From assembly GCA_021814445.1 (NCBI GenBank), contig JAKAIF010000001.1, forward strand, positions 6,070 through 62,440: a stretch of 56,371 nt of DNA. The letters run 5' to 3'. Both the position numbers and the translations under genes were made by a program. The DNA comes from a bacterium. Lineage in GTDB: Bacteria > Patescibacteriota > Minisyncoccia > UBA6257 > JAGOQP01. Under the pieces are notes generated by a model. That model made no database searches, had not been told where the DNA came from, and saw nothing but the letters and a program-made list of their open reading frames with translations. Numbering within the stretch: the first letter of the stretch is position 1; every line of letters begins with the position of its first letter. Shown piece after piece: positions 48,033 to 56,371 of the stretch.

Positions 48033-49046
48033 ATGCTTGATTTTTCGACAAACACAAATTCATTAGGACCACCGCATTCTCTTATCCGTGTTCTTCGAGA
48101 GAATGTATTTGATGTGAGTGCATACCCTGATTATAAAAACAAGAAGATCCTCTCCGCTTGTGGGAAGTTTTTTGATGTTTCGTTCAAAAACATTGGATTG
48201 GGTACGGGGTCCACACAGATACTCTTTAATATTCCCAAAATGTTACAATATAAACGCGCAGTCATTATTGTGCCTACATTCTGGGAATATGCAAATTTCA
48301 ATTTATTATTTAAGAGAAGAATAAAAAAGATTGATTTACTTGAGAAAGATAACTTTGAACCAAATTATGAAGTTATTCAAAAAACCATAAGGAGTGGTGA
48401 TTGTGTTTTTATTTGTAATGTCAATAATCCTACCTCATCTATATATATAAAGCATAAGTTATTAGCTCTTATAAAGGGTAATTCTCATGTTCAATTTGTT
48501 ATTGACGAAACATATTTATTGTTTAGGAGCAACTATGCACGACAGAGTGTTGTCAAATATGTGCAAAAACAAAAGAATCTTCATGTTGTTACGTCTCTCT
48601 CAAAACTCTTTGCTATTCCTGGAATGCGAGTTGGAATTTTTATCTCTAATAGAAAAATCATAGAGCTGTATAATAAATTGTTTTATATTCCTTATTCAAT
48701 TAACTCCTATTCTTCGGCATCACTTATTGATTTGTTGAGTGATGATGTGTTTGTTAGAGAAACGAGAAATTTTTATGACGTAGAACGAAAAAGATTATAT
48801 GAAATTATAAATAAGAAACTATCGCGTCGTCTCAAATGTATTGAGCCGCATGGTAATTTCATTTTTGTTCGTATATTAACCTCACAAACAAGCCAGGACA
48901 TAGAAACTTGTCTGAAGAGAAGGGGAATTATTATTCGTGGAGGCCACGAGTTACTTGGGGTAACGAATAAATGGTTTCGATTTTCTATCGGGAAAAAGAA
49001 GGATAATAACAGATTTATTCGTGAGTTAAATAAGGTGGTTCATTGA
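48033..49046 (+). CDS. Class I/II PLP enzyme (CobD/HisC-like)
   Basis: DFSTNTN, YPD, NVNNPT, IDETY, SLSKLFAIPGMRVG, GNFI. Confidence 0.88.
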   Translation: MLDFSTNTNSLGPPHSLIRVLRENVFDVSAYPDYKNKKILSACGKFFDVSFKNIGLGTGSTQILFNIPKMLQYKRAVIIVPTFWEYANFNLLFKRRIKKIDLLEKDNFEPNYEVIQKTIRSGDCVFICNVNNPTSSIYIKHKLLALIKGNSHVQFVIDETYLLFRSNYARQSVVKYVQKQKNLHVVTSLSKLFAIPGMRVGIFISNRKIIELYNKLFYIPYSINSYSSASLIDLLSDDVFVRETRNFYDVERKRLYEIINKKLSRRLKCIEPHGNFIFVRILTSQTSQDIETCLKRRGIIIRGGHELLGVTNKWFRFSIGKKKDNNRFIRELNKVVH

Positions 49047-49056
49047 TTAAATCTGT

Positions 49057-49167
49057 ATGGTTGAATCGAGAATCGGACACGTTACTGATCCTGGCATGAT
49101 CAAGCTTGGACAAGCTAGAAAAGATGCGAACGAAAGTTCAAATTATTCTGGCGACAGTGGTAAATAG
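49057..49167 (+). CDS. Possible 36-aa peptide
   Basis: MVESRIGHVTDPGMIKLGQARKDANESSNYSGDSGK*; starts 10 nt after the PLP operon and precedes a hairpin at 49188-49208. Confidence 0.3.
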   Translation: MVESRIGHVTDPGMIKLGQARKDANESSNYSGDSGK

Positions 49168-49275
49168 TCTTTTGATCGTGTTCTTAAAGGGGGCGTCTAG
49201 CCCCTCCTATTATGAAGTTGAAATGATATAATGTTGTTACTTTTTATTTAAAGACAATTAAAACACATTAAGAAT

Positions 49276-49527
49276 ATGAGTCATATATTTAATATAGATG
49301 CATATTACGAAAATAACGCTAAAATAGAGGGTTGGCAGAAGGAAGAATTTGCACGCGCGGTTCAAAAAGTTGAAGAAAAATCACTTGATGACTTGCGTAA
49401 CTTAGCTAGAAAAGTTGGGAATCCAGCTGATATAAGTTTTTTCGAGAGCGCTCCTGATGAACAATTGGTTTTGTATTTATTCAGTGATGTGGGTAAGGAT
49501 AAACTTATGCGAGAACTTGGAGAATAA
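49276..49527 (+). CDS. Small acidic hypothetical protein
   Basis: 83-aa ORF with upstream TTGAAA/TATAAT-like elements. Confidence 0.6.
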   Translation: MSHIFNIDAYYENNAKIEGWQKEEFARAVQKVEEKSLDDLRNLARKVGNPADISFFESAPDEQLVLYLFSDVGKDKLMRELGE

Positions 49528-49589
49528 ACAAATTCAATATAGGATTCTTTAATTTTGTCCTCTAATTTTCTTTGGATAAAAATAATCAT

Positions 49590-49647
49590 CTGTGCATAAC
49601 TTATACGATACCCTATAAAAAACAGCCAATAGGGCTGTTTTTTGGGG
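49590..49647 (+). repeat. Cassette-boundary module copy 3
   Basis: ctgtgcataacttatacgataccctataaaaaacagccaatagggctgttttttgggg; followed by TTGCTA-N17-TATACT. Confidence 0.85.
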
Positions 49648-49808
49648 GAGGGGAGGCGCTTGACAACTTGCTAATTTGGTGAATATGGGGTATACTATAA
49701 TCAGTTACTTTTATAAAGGAAATTATAAAATAAAATATAGATTCGGATTTCTGAAACACAGAACATCTGAGCATAAAGTTTTTAAAAATAAAAGCACGGA
49801 GGTGCACA

Positions 49809-50714
49809 ATGAAACGCAAAATCTTTTCTTTCGTTACCCTCCTGCTTATCGCATATATTCTTCCTGCAGGAGTTTTTTCACAGTCTGGATCTTTGGTCCA
49901 GAACTTTACCGCCAGGTGGATCAACAAGGTTCCTTGGCTGTCGTATACCAATAGCGCCCAGGCAGAATTTAGCACCCGCGTGGATACCTGTTCACAATTA
50001 GGATGCTATATTCGTATTTTAGAACAGAAAGATATTCCCGGTGTAGATAATGGTGCATTCTTTTATTGGATCGCGGATCCCCAGGAGGTACTTCCTGTTC
50101 CCGATTCTGTAGAGATTATCTCAAAATGGATATCTAAGAATCCTCAGAATCTCCCGCTTGTTCGTCTTCAAGTTGAATTACTTCAGAAGACATTTGGAGG
50201 GGGGTATTTCAGTGAACATAAAGACATTGACTCTACATGGAATACTTATGTATGGAAGATTACCGATACCTATCGCAGGGTTCCATCATTTGAAGGATTT
50301 GCGGTCGGAGTTATTATTGGTCAATCTACGGTTTCAATGAAGGCGGTAGTGGCTATTAAAACCATAAAGCTTTGGAAGAATGGGGTTTGCTACTATCAAT
50401 ATTCATTCTCTGGGACAACCACCGTTGCTGTTGAGACCCCGACCATTCCTGCTAGTTTTACTCTCTCCCAGAATTATCCCAACCCGTTTAATCCTACTAC
50501 CACCATTAAGTATCAAGTCGCAAGTCGCGAGCACATTAGGCTTACGGTCTATGACTTACTTGGTAGGGAGGTTGCGATACTCGTAGACGAAGAAAAGTTC
50601 ACCGGCACTTATGAAGCAAGATTTAATGCTTCTACCCTTGCCAGCGGTACGTATATCTATCGTTTGCAGGCGGGACACCAGGTTCTTACTCGTAAGATGC
50701 TATTAATTAAATAG
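49809..50714 (+). CDS. Secreted protein with T9SS type-A sorting-like (Por secretion tail) C-terminal domain
   Basis: Signal peptide; FTLSQNYPNPFNPTTTIKY...VYDLLGREV..LV...LASGTYIYRL...RKMLLIK; GGAGGT RBS. Confidence 0.88.
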   Translation: MKRKIFSFVTLLLIAYILPAGVFSQSGSLVQNFTARWINKVPWLSYTNSAQAEFSTRVDTCSQLGCYIRILEQKDIPGVDNGAFFYWIADPQEVLPVPDSVEIISKWISKNPQNLPLVRLQVELLQKTFGGGYFSEHKDIDSTWNTYVWKITDTYRRVPSFEGFAVGVIIGQSTVSMKAVVAIKTIKLWKNGVCYYQYSFSGTTTVAVETPTIPASFTLSQNYPNPFNPTTTIKYQVASREHIRLTVYDLLGREVAILVDEEKFTGTYEARFNASTLASGTYIYRLQAGHQVLTRKMLLIK

Positions 50715-50791
50715 TTATTTTATAATTTTCTTTTTACCCCATACTCGATTCGTAGAATTGTAGTGTGTGGATTACTGTTCTTTTGCAGACA

Positions 50792-50819
50792 AAAAGCCCC
50801 GCTCGTTCGGGGCTTTTTT
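50792..50819 (+). terminator. Intrinsic terminator
   Basis: aaaaagccccg-ctcgtt-cggggcttttt. Confidence 0.7.
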
Positions 50820-50901
50820 GTTATGTAACTATATGGGGGATACTTCGTTTGTATAAGTAAGCACATTTTAGTCAAAAAATCCCAAAAAGGAGGTGAGAAC
50901 A

Positions 50902-51099
50902 ATGGGATGGTTTACTAGTAAAGAACATATAACAAAAGGGGATGACAAATACAAAAATACGTTAGGTCCAACACACACCGATACGTATCATGTAGATAGC
51001 AATGGAAAGCGAGATCAACCACACAGCAGTGATTTCAAAATATCGGGACCTAAAATTGAGAAATCAAACGTGGTTCGTGATGTTCTCCCTAAAAAATAA
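50902..51099 (+). CDS. Small hypothetical protein (65 aa)
   Basis: AGGAGGT RBS; MGWFTSKEH... Confidence 0.65.
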   Translation: MGWFTSKEHITKGDDKYKNTLGPTHTDTYHVDSNGKRDQPHSSDFKISGPKIEKSNVVRDVLPKK

Positions 51100-51155
51100 T
51101 TGTATCCTCTTAAAGAGCCGAGCATCTCATAAAACTGCTCAATAATTTTATTTAT

Positions 51156-51437
51156 ATGCGTATTCATAAAACAGCAGAGCATATTTCCTCACCCGATTTG
51201 ATTTGGACGAAAGATGAGCGAAATAAATTAGAAAAAGATATTTTGAGTCTCCACGACGATCAGATAGGTGCGCTTGCAAAAATACTAGTCGGTTTTCGTG
51301 ATGAAGATATTTTAGATATTGTGCGAGATATAAGAGAAAATGGAGTAGAATCGGGGCACCTATCTATTTTACTTGAAGAGGCAGATTCTAAAGAACAGGC
51401 GTATTGGTGGGTTGGTTATTTTAAGTCGTCTCAGTAA
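51156..51437 (+). CDS. Small acidic hypothetical protein
   Basis: 93-aa ORF. Confidence 0.6.
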   Translation: MRIHKTAEHISSPDLIWTKDERNKLEKDILSLHDDQIGALAKILVGFRDEDILDIVRDIRENGVESGHLSILLEEADSKEQAYWWVGYFKSSQ

Positions 51438-51552
51438 ATTTAAGTGATCATTTGTTGGAAACTGGAAATTAAACCGCTCACAAAACGGTTTTATTGTTAT
51501 CCACTCCTATTGTTTTTTGTTCTGTGATATACTGTGGTCAAATAAAAATTAT

Positions 51553-52416
51553 ATGTACAAACGCATTTTACTATCATTACTTTTAATTGTCGGAATTTTG
51601 GGATTTATCTCGCTAACCCATGCGCGACCTATTGAGAGTGTGGGAGTTACTCCTAGTCAGCAAACGCTGTCTTACTCATTGGTTCCTGTGTATCAAAATG
51701 GAGTGCAGGTGGGGACTACGAAGGCTTACTCGGGCTCTATTCTTGTAACCGCTGAGAACCCGCAAGAGAGAAATCTTTGTGTAACAGTTCCTTCTACCGT
51801 TTCTCTCGGGGGGTATACATTTCCTGTCGCGGGACGCAGTATCAGCGGGAATGCACAATGGGCTGGCAACGACAGAATTTGTGGAAATGGAAATTTCCAA
51901 GTTACTATTTCTATTAATGTGAAATCAACGACGGGTTCAGCGCTGGATTATGGGACGTATACATACCCCATAACTTCAGATTCTCCAGGATACGGAAATC
52001 TTTCTGCAGATCTTATAATTCCACGCATTGCGTATTCAGTAACCAGTGTTGCGGTTGTACAGTACAGTGGTGATGTGTATGACGCCACTAATTGTAATGT
52101 TTCTCAAGCGTCAGATCTTTCTGGTACACGTTATGAGGCGGGAGATTATAGAATGTGCAGAATTCTCCCCGTAAATAACAGAAATGGTTCTATTTTTATA
52201 CAAGGTGGTCCTGTGGGTGAAGTCGGATCATTTATTGTTGATGATATTTTATCTGAACATACGTGGTATGCTCCTCGTGAATATAAAAAGATTCTTAAAA
52301 CCATAACTCCGCAATTGTTGCAGGGGGTGGCGCGTGAGACTTTTGATTGGAACAAGATGAATTTGTTTGTGTTTAGTAATAAAAAACCCCTTCTTCGTTT
52401 TTTATCTGTCACATAG
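51553..52416 (+). CDS. Secreted beta-rich hypothetical protein
   Basis: Signal peptide MYKRILLSLLLIVGILGFISLTHA; S/T/G/V-rich; four Cys. Confidence 0.75.
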   Translation: MYKRILLSLLLIVGILGFISLTHARPIESVGVTPSQQTLSYSLVPVYQNGVQVGTTKAYSGSILVTAENPQERNLCVTVPSTVSLGGYTFPVAGRSISGNAQWAGNDRICGNGNFQVTISINVKSTTGSALDYGTYTYPITSDSPGYGNLSADLIIPRIAYSVTSVAVVQYSGDVYDATNCNVSQASDLSGTRYEAGDYRMCRILPVNNRNGSIFIQGGPVGEVGSFIVDDILSEHTWYAPREYKKILKTITPQLLQGVARETFDWNKMNLFVFSNKKPLLRFLSVT

Positions 52417-52444
52417 TTTTGTTCATCTCTGTGTATTGTGTGTT

Positions 52445-52470
52445 AAAAACCAGCCAATAAGGCTGTTTTT
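52445..52470 (+). repeat. Partial cassette-boundary module copy 4 (hairpin only)
   Basis: aaaaaccagccaataaggctgttttt; followed by TTTACA-N17-TATAAT. Confidence 0.7.
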
Positions 52471-52559
52471 GAGTATTTACAAGTATATTATTATGTGATA
52501 TAATCTAATCAGTAAAATTGATAATTTAATATTAAAAAATAAAAAAGAAGAGGTTTTCA

Positions 52560-54389
52560 GTGAAAAAAGAAAGATTTGTTATCGTCAAATGGATTTGGAA
52601 TATCTATCATCCATTTAGAAAGAATGTGCTTGTTATCTTTTTCTTTATAGCGTTATCTGAGGGATTGAATCTTTTATCTCCGGTTATCTATGGAAATGTT
52701 ATCAACTCATTCTTTGCCCATAATTCTTTGCAAACAACGTTATTTCTTGTGGGACTATCTTTTCTCTTGTATGCGTTGAATGCAATAGTTGGCCAGCTTG
52801 ATACTTTGTATGAATTGAAACATTTTGACTACAATGTACAGCAGCATGTTTCCAATTATGTCCTTGAGAGGAATCTGTCATTCTCAATGGGACAGCACAT
52901 CTCGTCTCATTCTGGGGTAAAGCAGTCCATTATAAACAGAGGTGAACATTCACTTACATCGCTCGCTTTTATGTTTTCTTTTGATGTTGTTCCTGGGTTT
53001 TTACAAATTTTATTCATTGTAATCATGATTCTTTGTACCGATATATTGATCGGACTTGTTGTCTTACTGGGAGTGATCCTGTTTTTTATTTTTACCCTCC
53101 GTATTAATAAGATCTTTAATCCTAAGGTGAGCAAGATACAAACGTTATGGCAGAAAAATGGTAAATTACAACATGAATTTACTAACAATGTTTCACTCAT
53201 TCAGTCCCACGCACAAGAACCAAGGGTTCTTCGTGAATATGGCACAAGTTTAAGTGGCGTTGGTAGATTTGGAAGAAAGCTCTGGGGGAAACATTCTGTT
53301 TTTACATTTTCCCGCTCTTTTGTTTCTATTATAACTCGTGTGGTCATCATGATTATTGGGGTTATATACGTATATAATAGAGTATATCTTCCTGGATATC
53401 TGCTTGTCCTTTTTTCGTGGTCTGCCCAAACATTTAATATATTATCTCGGTTTGGAAGAATGCATAGGCAGATTACTGAGATGTATGGTTCTGTTAAAAA
53501 ATTGTACACCCTCTGCTCACTTGAGCCCGAGATAAAGATTGTAGAAAACCCTGTTCGTCCTGAGAGATTTTTTGGAAACATAGAGTTTAAAAATGTTTCA
53601 TTCTCATATCCACAGAGAAGCTCCCAACTGTTTGATGACGAAAAAGAAACAAGAATCAAACATGGTAATAAAAAACATCCTCAAGGCGAGGTAAAAGAAA
53701 CTCTCCATAATGTGAGTTTTTCTATAACTCATGGGCAGACCGTTGCTTTTGTTGGTTCATCTGGTGCGGGAAAAACAACTGTTGCGAATTTATTACTACG
53801 CGCATTTGATCCTACGCAAGGTCAAATTATCATAGATGGTAATGACATGAGAGTGTTAGACCTAAAATATTATCGTAAACATGTTGGGCTTGTTGAACAG
53901 AGTGTTTCTTTGTTTGATAATACCTTGAGATATAACATCCTTTTTGGTCTCAATGGAGAGGCTCAATGTGTTACCGAAGAACAACTCATGGCTGTTGCTC
54001 ACACGTCTTGTGTGGACAAATTCTTTGATAAATTAGAAAAGGGATTTGACACATACATTGGAGAGCGAGGAGTATGGCTTTCTGGTGGAGAACGACAACG
54101 TGTTGGTATTGCTCGTGCTCTAGCTAAAAATCCAGAGATTATGATTTTTGACGAAGCGACTTCAAGCTTGGATTCTCAAAACGAGTCAATTATTAGAGAG
54201 TCCATAAACAAAGCTTCTGTTGGCAGAACGACTATTATTATAGCGCATAGACTTTCTACGGTGAAAGACGCCGATAAGATATTCGTGTTTGATCAAGGAA
54301 AAATTGTAGGAGAGGGTACTCACCGATCTCTTCTTGAGACTTGTATTCAATACCAAAACTTGGTACAGAAACAAGTGTATTCGTTTTAG
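52560..54389 (+). CDS. ABC exporter, fused permease and ATPase (MsbA/MdlB-like)
   Basis: TM domain; GSSGAGKT, LSGGERQR, IFDEATS, IAHRLST. Confidence 0.93.
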   Translation: MKKERFVIVKWIWNIYHPFRKNVLVIFFFIALSEGLNLLSPVIYGNVINSFFAHNSLQTTLFLVGLSFLLYALNAIVGQLDTLYELKHFDYNVQQHVSNYVLERNLSFSMGQHISSHSGVKQSIINRGEHSLTSLAFMFSFDVVPGFLQILFIVIMILCTDILIGLVVLLGVILFFIFTLRINKIFNPKVSKIQTLWQKNGKLQHEFTNNVSLIQSHAQEPRVLREYGTSLSGVGRFGRKLWGKHSVFTFSRSFVSIITRVVIMIIGVIYVYNRVYLPGYLLVLFSWSAQTFNILSRFGRMHRQITEMYGSVKKLYTLCSLEPEIKIVENPVRPERFFGNIEFKNVSFSYPQRSSQLFDDEKETRIKHGNKKHPQGEVKETLHNVSFSITHGQTVAFVGSSGAGKTTVANLLLRAFDPTQGQIIIDGNDMRVLDLKYYRKHVGLVEQSVSLFDNTLRYNILFGLNGEAQCVTEEQLMAVAHTSCVDKFFDKLEKGFDTYIGERGVWLSGGERQRVGIARALAKNPEIMIFDEATSSLDSQNESIIRESINKASVGRTTIIIAHRLSTVKDADKIFVFDQGKIVGEGTHRSLLETCIQYQNLVQKQVYSF

Positions 54390-54399
54390 TTCTTGTGAT

Positions 54400-54428
54400 A
54401 GAGCGGGCATGCGTGCCCGCTCTTTTTG
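54400..54428 (+). terminator. Intrinsic terminator
   Basis: agagcgggca-tgcg-tgcccgctct-tttt. Confidence 0.75.
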
Positions 54429-54582
54429 TTATCTGCTTATGTGATTTATATATTAAAATGAGTTATTTGTAGTTGGTGACCATTAGGAGCTAGTAGAGGA
54501 TTAAGGTGTCTATATTATATATATTACGCAGAGCGTTGTTTTTGTGGCTTGACTGATTATTAAATTATTATATTATAGATAC

Positions 54583-55125
54583 ATGCCTTATTCATCCGAT
54601 GTTTTTGATGATTATGTAAGCAAACTCTTAATTAAATGGAGATTTTTCTCTTATCTTGATATTGGGATTGGAGCGGGAAAATATGGGAAAATGATTAAAT
54701 CTTTGAATGAGGGAGCAAATGTTACTGGAATTGAATTGGTGCCCGAATACATAGAAAAATTTAATCTGCACTTATTTTATAACGTTATAATTCAAGATGA
54801 TGTATCAAGTATTATTTATGGTAATCAAAATACTACATATGATGTTGTGATCATGGGAGATGTTATAGAGCATCTTACTAAATCAGATGGCGTGAACCTT
54901 ATCCATTTTTTAATATATAGATGCAAAAAGATAATTATTACGTTTCCAGAAAAATACATACAATACGAAGTGGGGGCGAAAAAATCAGAGTCGCATAGGT
55001 CTGTTTGGGGGGCAGAAGACTTTAGACGATTCAATTTCAAACACAAAAGAATTGGTTATATGCACCTGTTTATTATTAATGGTTTTTTGAACGACAAAAG
55101 ATCAATTATAAAACCGAATGGATAA
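54583..55125 (+). CDS. Class I SAM-dependent methyltransferase
   Basis: LDIGIGAGKYG, GIE, GDVIEHL. Confidence 0.85.
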   Translation: MPYSSDVFDDYVSKLLIKWRFFSYLDIGIGAGKYGKMIKSLNEGANVTGIELVPEYIEKFNLHLFYNVIIQDDVSSIIYGNQNTTYDVVIMGDVIEHLTKSDGVNLIHFLIYRCKKIIITFPEKYIQYEVGAKKSESHRSVWGAEDFRRFNFKHKRIGYMHLFIINGFLNDKRSIIKPNG

Positions 55126-55951
55126 TAAAATTATGAATATAAAAATTGGTGCTGCGATAATGGCAAGAAACGCCGAATTTTTTATAGAAGCCGCAATTTC
55201 TTCTTTGTCTTGGGTTGATGGTGTATATCTTTATGACGACAATTCCATTGACCGCACCGTTAATATCGCAAGGAATGCAGCGACTGTGTTTTTCGTCGTG
55301 GATGAAAGTAAAGACATTGATTCTGTTTTTAGAAGAGGGGAAAAAAATGTAAGAAATCATATTATTCAAAGAGCCTTTAGCTTGCTCAAGTGTGATGTTT
55401 TGATCTTGCTTGATAGCGATGAATTACTCTGTTCAAATTTAAAGCCAATTATTTATGATGTGTTTTCGGATCCAAAAATAGATTCACTGTGTTTTTCTAT
55501 TTGGCATCTATATAGCCTCAATAAGTATCTCCATTTTTGGGAAACTCATATGAATGGAGTCTATATGATAGATCCTCATATTAGAGTTATTAGACAGAAT
55601 AAAAAATTTGAAAATAATTTTCCTGATGGGAGTCATCCTTTTATAAGGACTACAGATTTTACGAGATGTATTCATGGCTCATATCACTATCATTTGAAAT
55701 ATTTCCGTGAGAGTCCTTATCCGAATTATGCATTAAATTTTTTGCCAAAATATCCATCTGCAATTGATGTCGCTCCATATCTGAGAAGGCTTCCCGCCCC
55801 ACTTCCAGAGGACATCAGAGCAAATATACAACGAATTGATTGGAACCATTCTTCTCGCATAGATACAGATTATTACAAAAGTTATAAGCGCGAGAGAATA
55901 TTATTAACTTCGGATCAAGTCAATATACACCCTCGCGATATTCATAATTAA
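55118..55951 (+). CDS. Glycosyltransferase family 2-like protein
   Basis: MARNAE, YDDNSIDRT, LDSDE (DxD). Confidence 0.8.
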   Translation: MDNKIMNIKIGAAIMARNAEFFIEAAISSLSWVDGVYLYDDNSIDRTVNIARNAATVFFVVDESKDIDSVFRRGEKNVRNHIIQRAFSLLKCDVLILLDSDELLCSNLKPIIYDVFSDPKIDSLCFSIWHLYSLNKYLHFWETHMNGVYMIDPHIRVIRQNKKFENNFPDGSHPFIRTTDFTRCIHGSYHYHLKYFRESPYPNYALNFLPKYPSAIDVAPYLRRLPAPLPEDIRANIQRIDWNHSSRIDTDYYKSYKRERILLTSDQVNIHPRDIHN

Positions 55952-55963
55952 ACAACCTACAAT

Positions 55964-56371
55964 ATGTTAGATATCAACAAAGACATTCTTCTTTTTTATC
56001 GTAAACATGAGCACGATTTTCCAAATAAAGATTTTAATAGATCTGTTTCTGGTTTTTTGGCGTGGTATGAACTATTGGTAGATGCTTTAATTAATAATGG
56101 GTTTGTAGTGCATGAAAATAATTTTGATCTTGCCCGCCTAAATCCAGAGTATCCAATTGGATTAGTTGGAACTCCACCAGCCCTGAAAAATTGGGACTTA
56201 CCGAACCCCACGATTCTGGGACCAAGTATGTATGATCATCCCCGTTTGAACCAGGACCTAATGAAAGACGATCGTTTTAAAATATATTTATTTACTTGTA
56301 ATTGGCTTAAAGACGTCTTTTTCCCTTTTTATGGTGAAAAATGTGCTTTGTGGTATGCGGGTATTGACAGT
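55964..56371 (+). CDS. Partial ORF running off the window, possibly a glycosyltransferase
   Basis: Manual translation open for 136 codons: MLDINKDILLFYRK...ILGPSMYDHP...WYAGIDS; operonic with the GT2 gene. Confidence 0.6.
   Translation, partial: MLDINKDILLFYRKHEHDFPNKDFNRSVSGFLAWYELLVDALINNGFVVHENNFDLARLNPEYPIGLVGTPPALKNWDLPNPTILGPSMYDHPRLNQDLMKDDRFKIYLFTCNWLKDVFFPFYGEKCALWYAGIDS

Noticed and set aside
49057..49167. Lasso-peptide precursor (P..IKLG.A leader-like pattern)
   Set aside because: It lacks the conserved penultimate Thr, and no lasso cyclase or peptidase is in the window.

Overview
This window looks like chromosomal DNA from a Patescibacteria (CPR, probably Parcubacteria) genome. 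That placement is an inference from gene content: a short rpoB, a sigma4-HARE-HTH protein, a TraD-like ATPase pair and a membrane-anchored Clp ATPase. Positions 1 to about 41.1 kb are mostly core genes: glutaredoxin, mgtC-like, trxB, Clp ATPase, NUDIX, infC-rpmI-rplT, smpB-tmRNA, ileS, secDF, efp, murC, mnmA, tsaD, rodA, mltG, rpoBC, rpsF-ssb-rpsR, tRNA-Leu(CAA), parA and parB. After parB there is a visibly more AT-rich accessory region divided by copies of a repeated ~66-bp module (DnaA-box-like 9-mer, hairpin, promoter). The best candidate for a new system is at 41270-42652: a 57-aa Cys/His/Asp-rich small ORF, too short for the ORF track, directly upstream of a radical SAM/SPASM enzyme. It is a probable RiPP precursor-maturase pair, and with a convergent methyltransferase it lies between 66-bp direct repeats. 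Other notable items: two families of loop-less perfect palindromes (one brackets an ArsR-type gene between parA and parB), a histidine-phosphatase domain inserted in IleRS, a PLP-decarboxylase/nucleotidyltransferase/PLP-enzyme operon beside metG, a protein with a T9SS-type C-terminal domain, a LAGLIDADG gene abutting a tRNA, heptamer repeats inside core proteins, and an interrupted hydrolase. No database searches were run; all calls come from motif recognition by eye.
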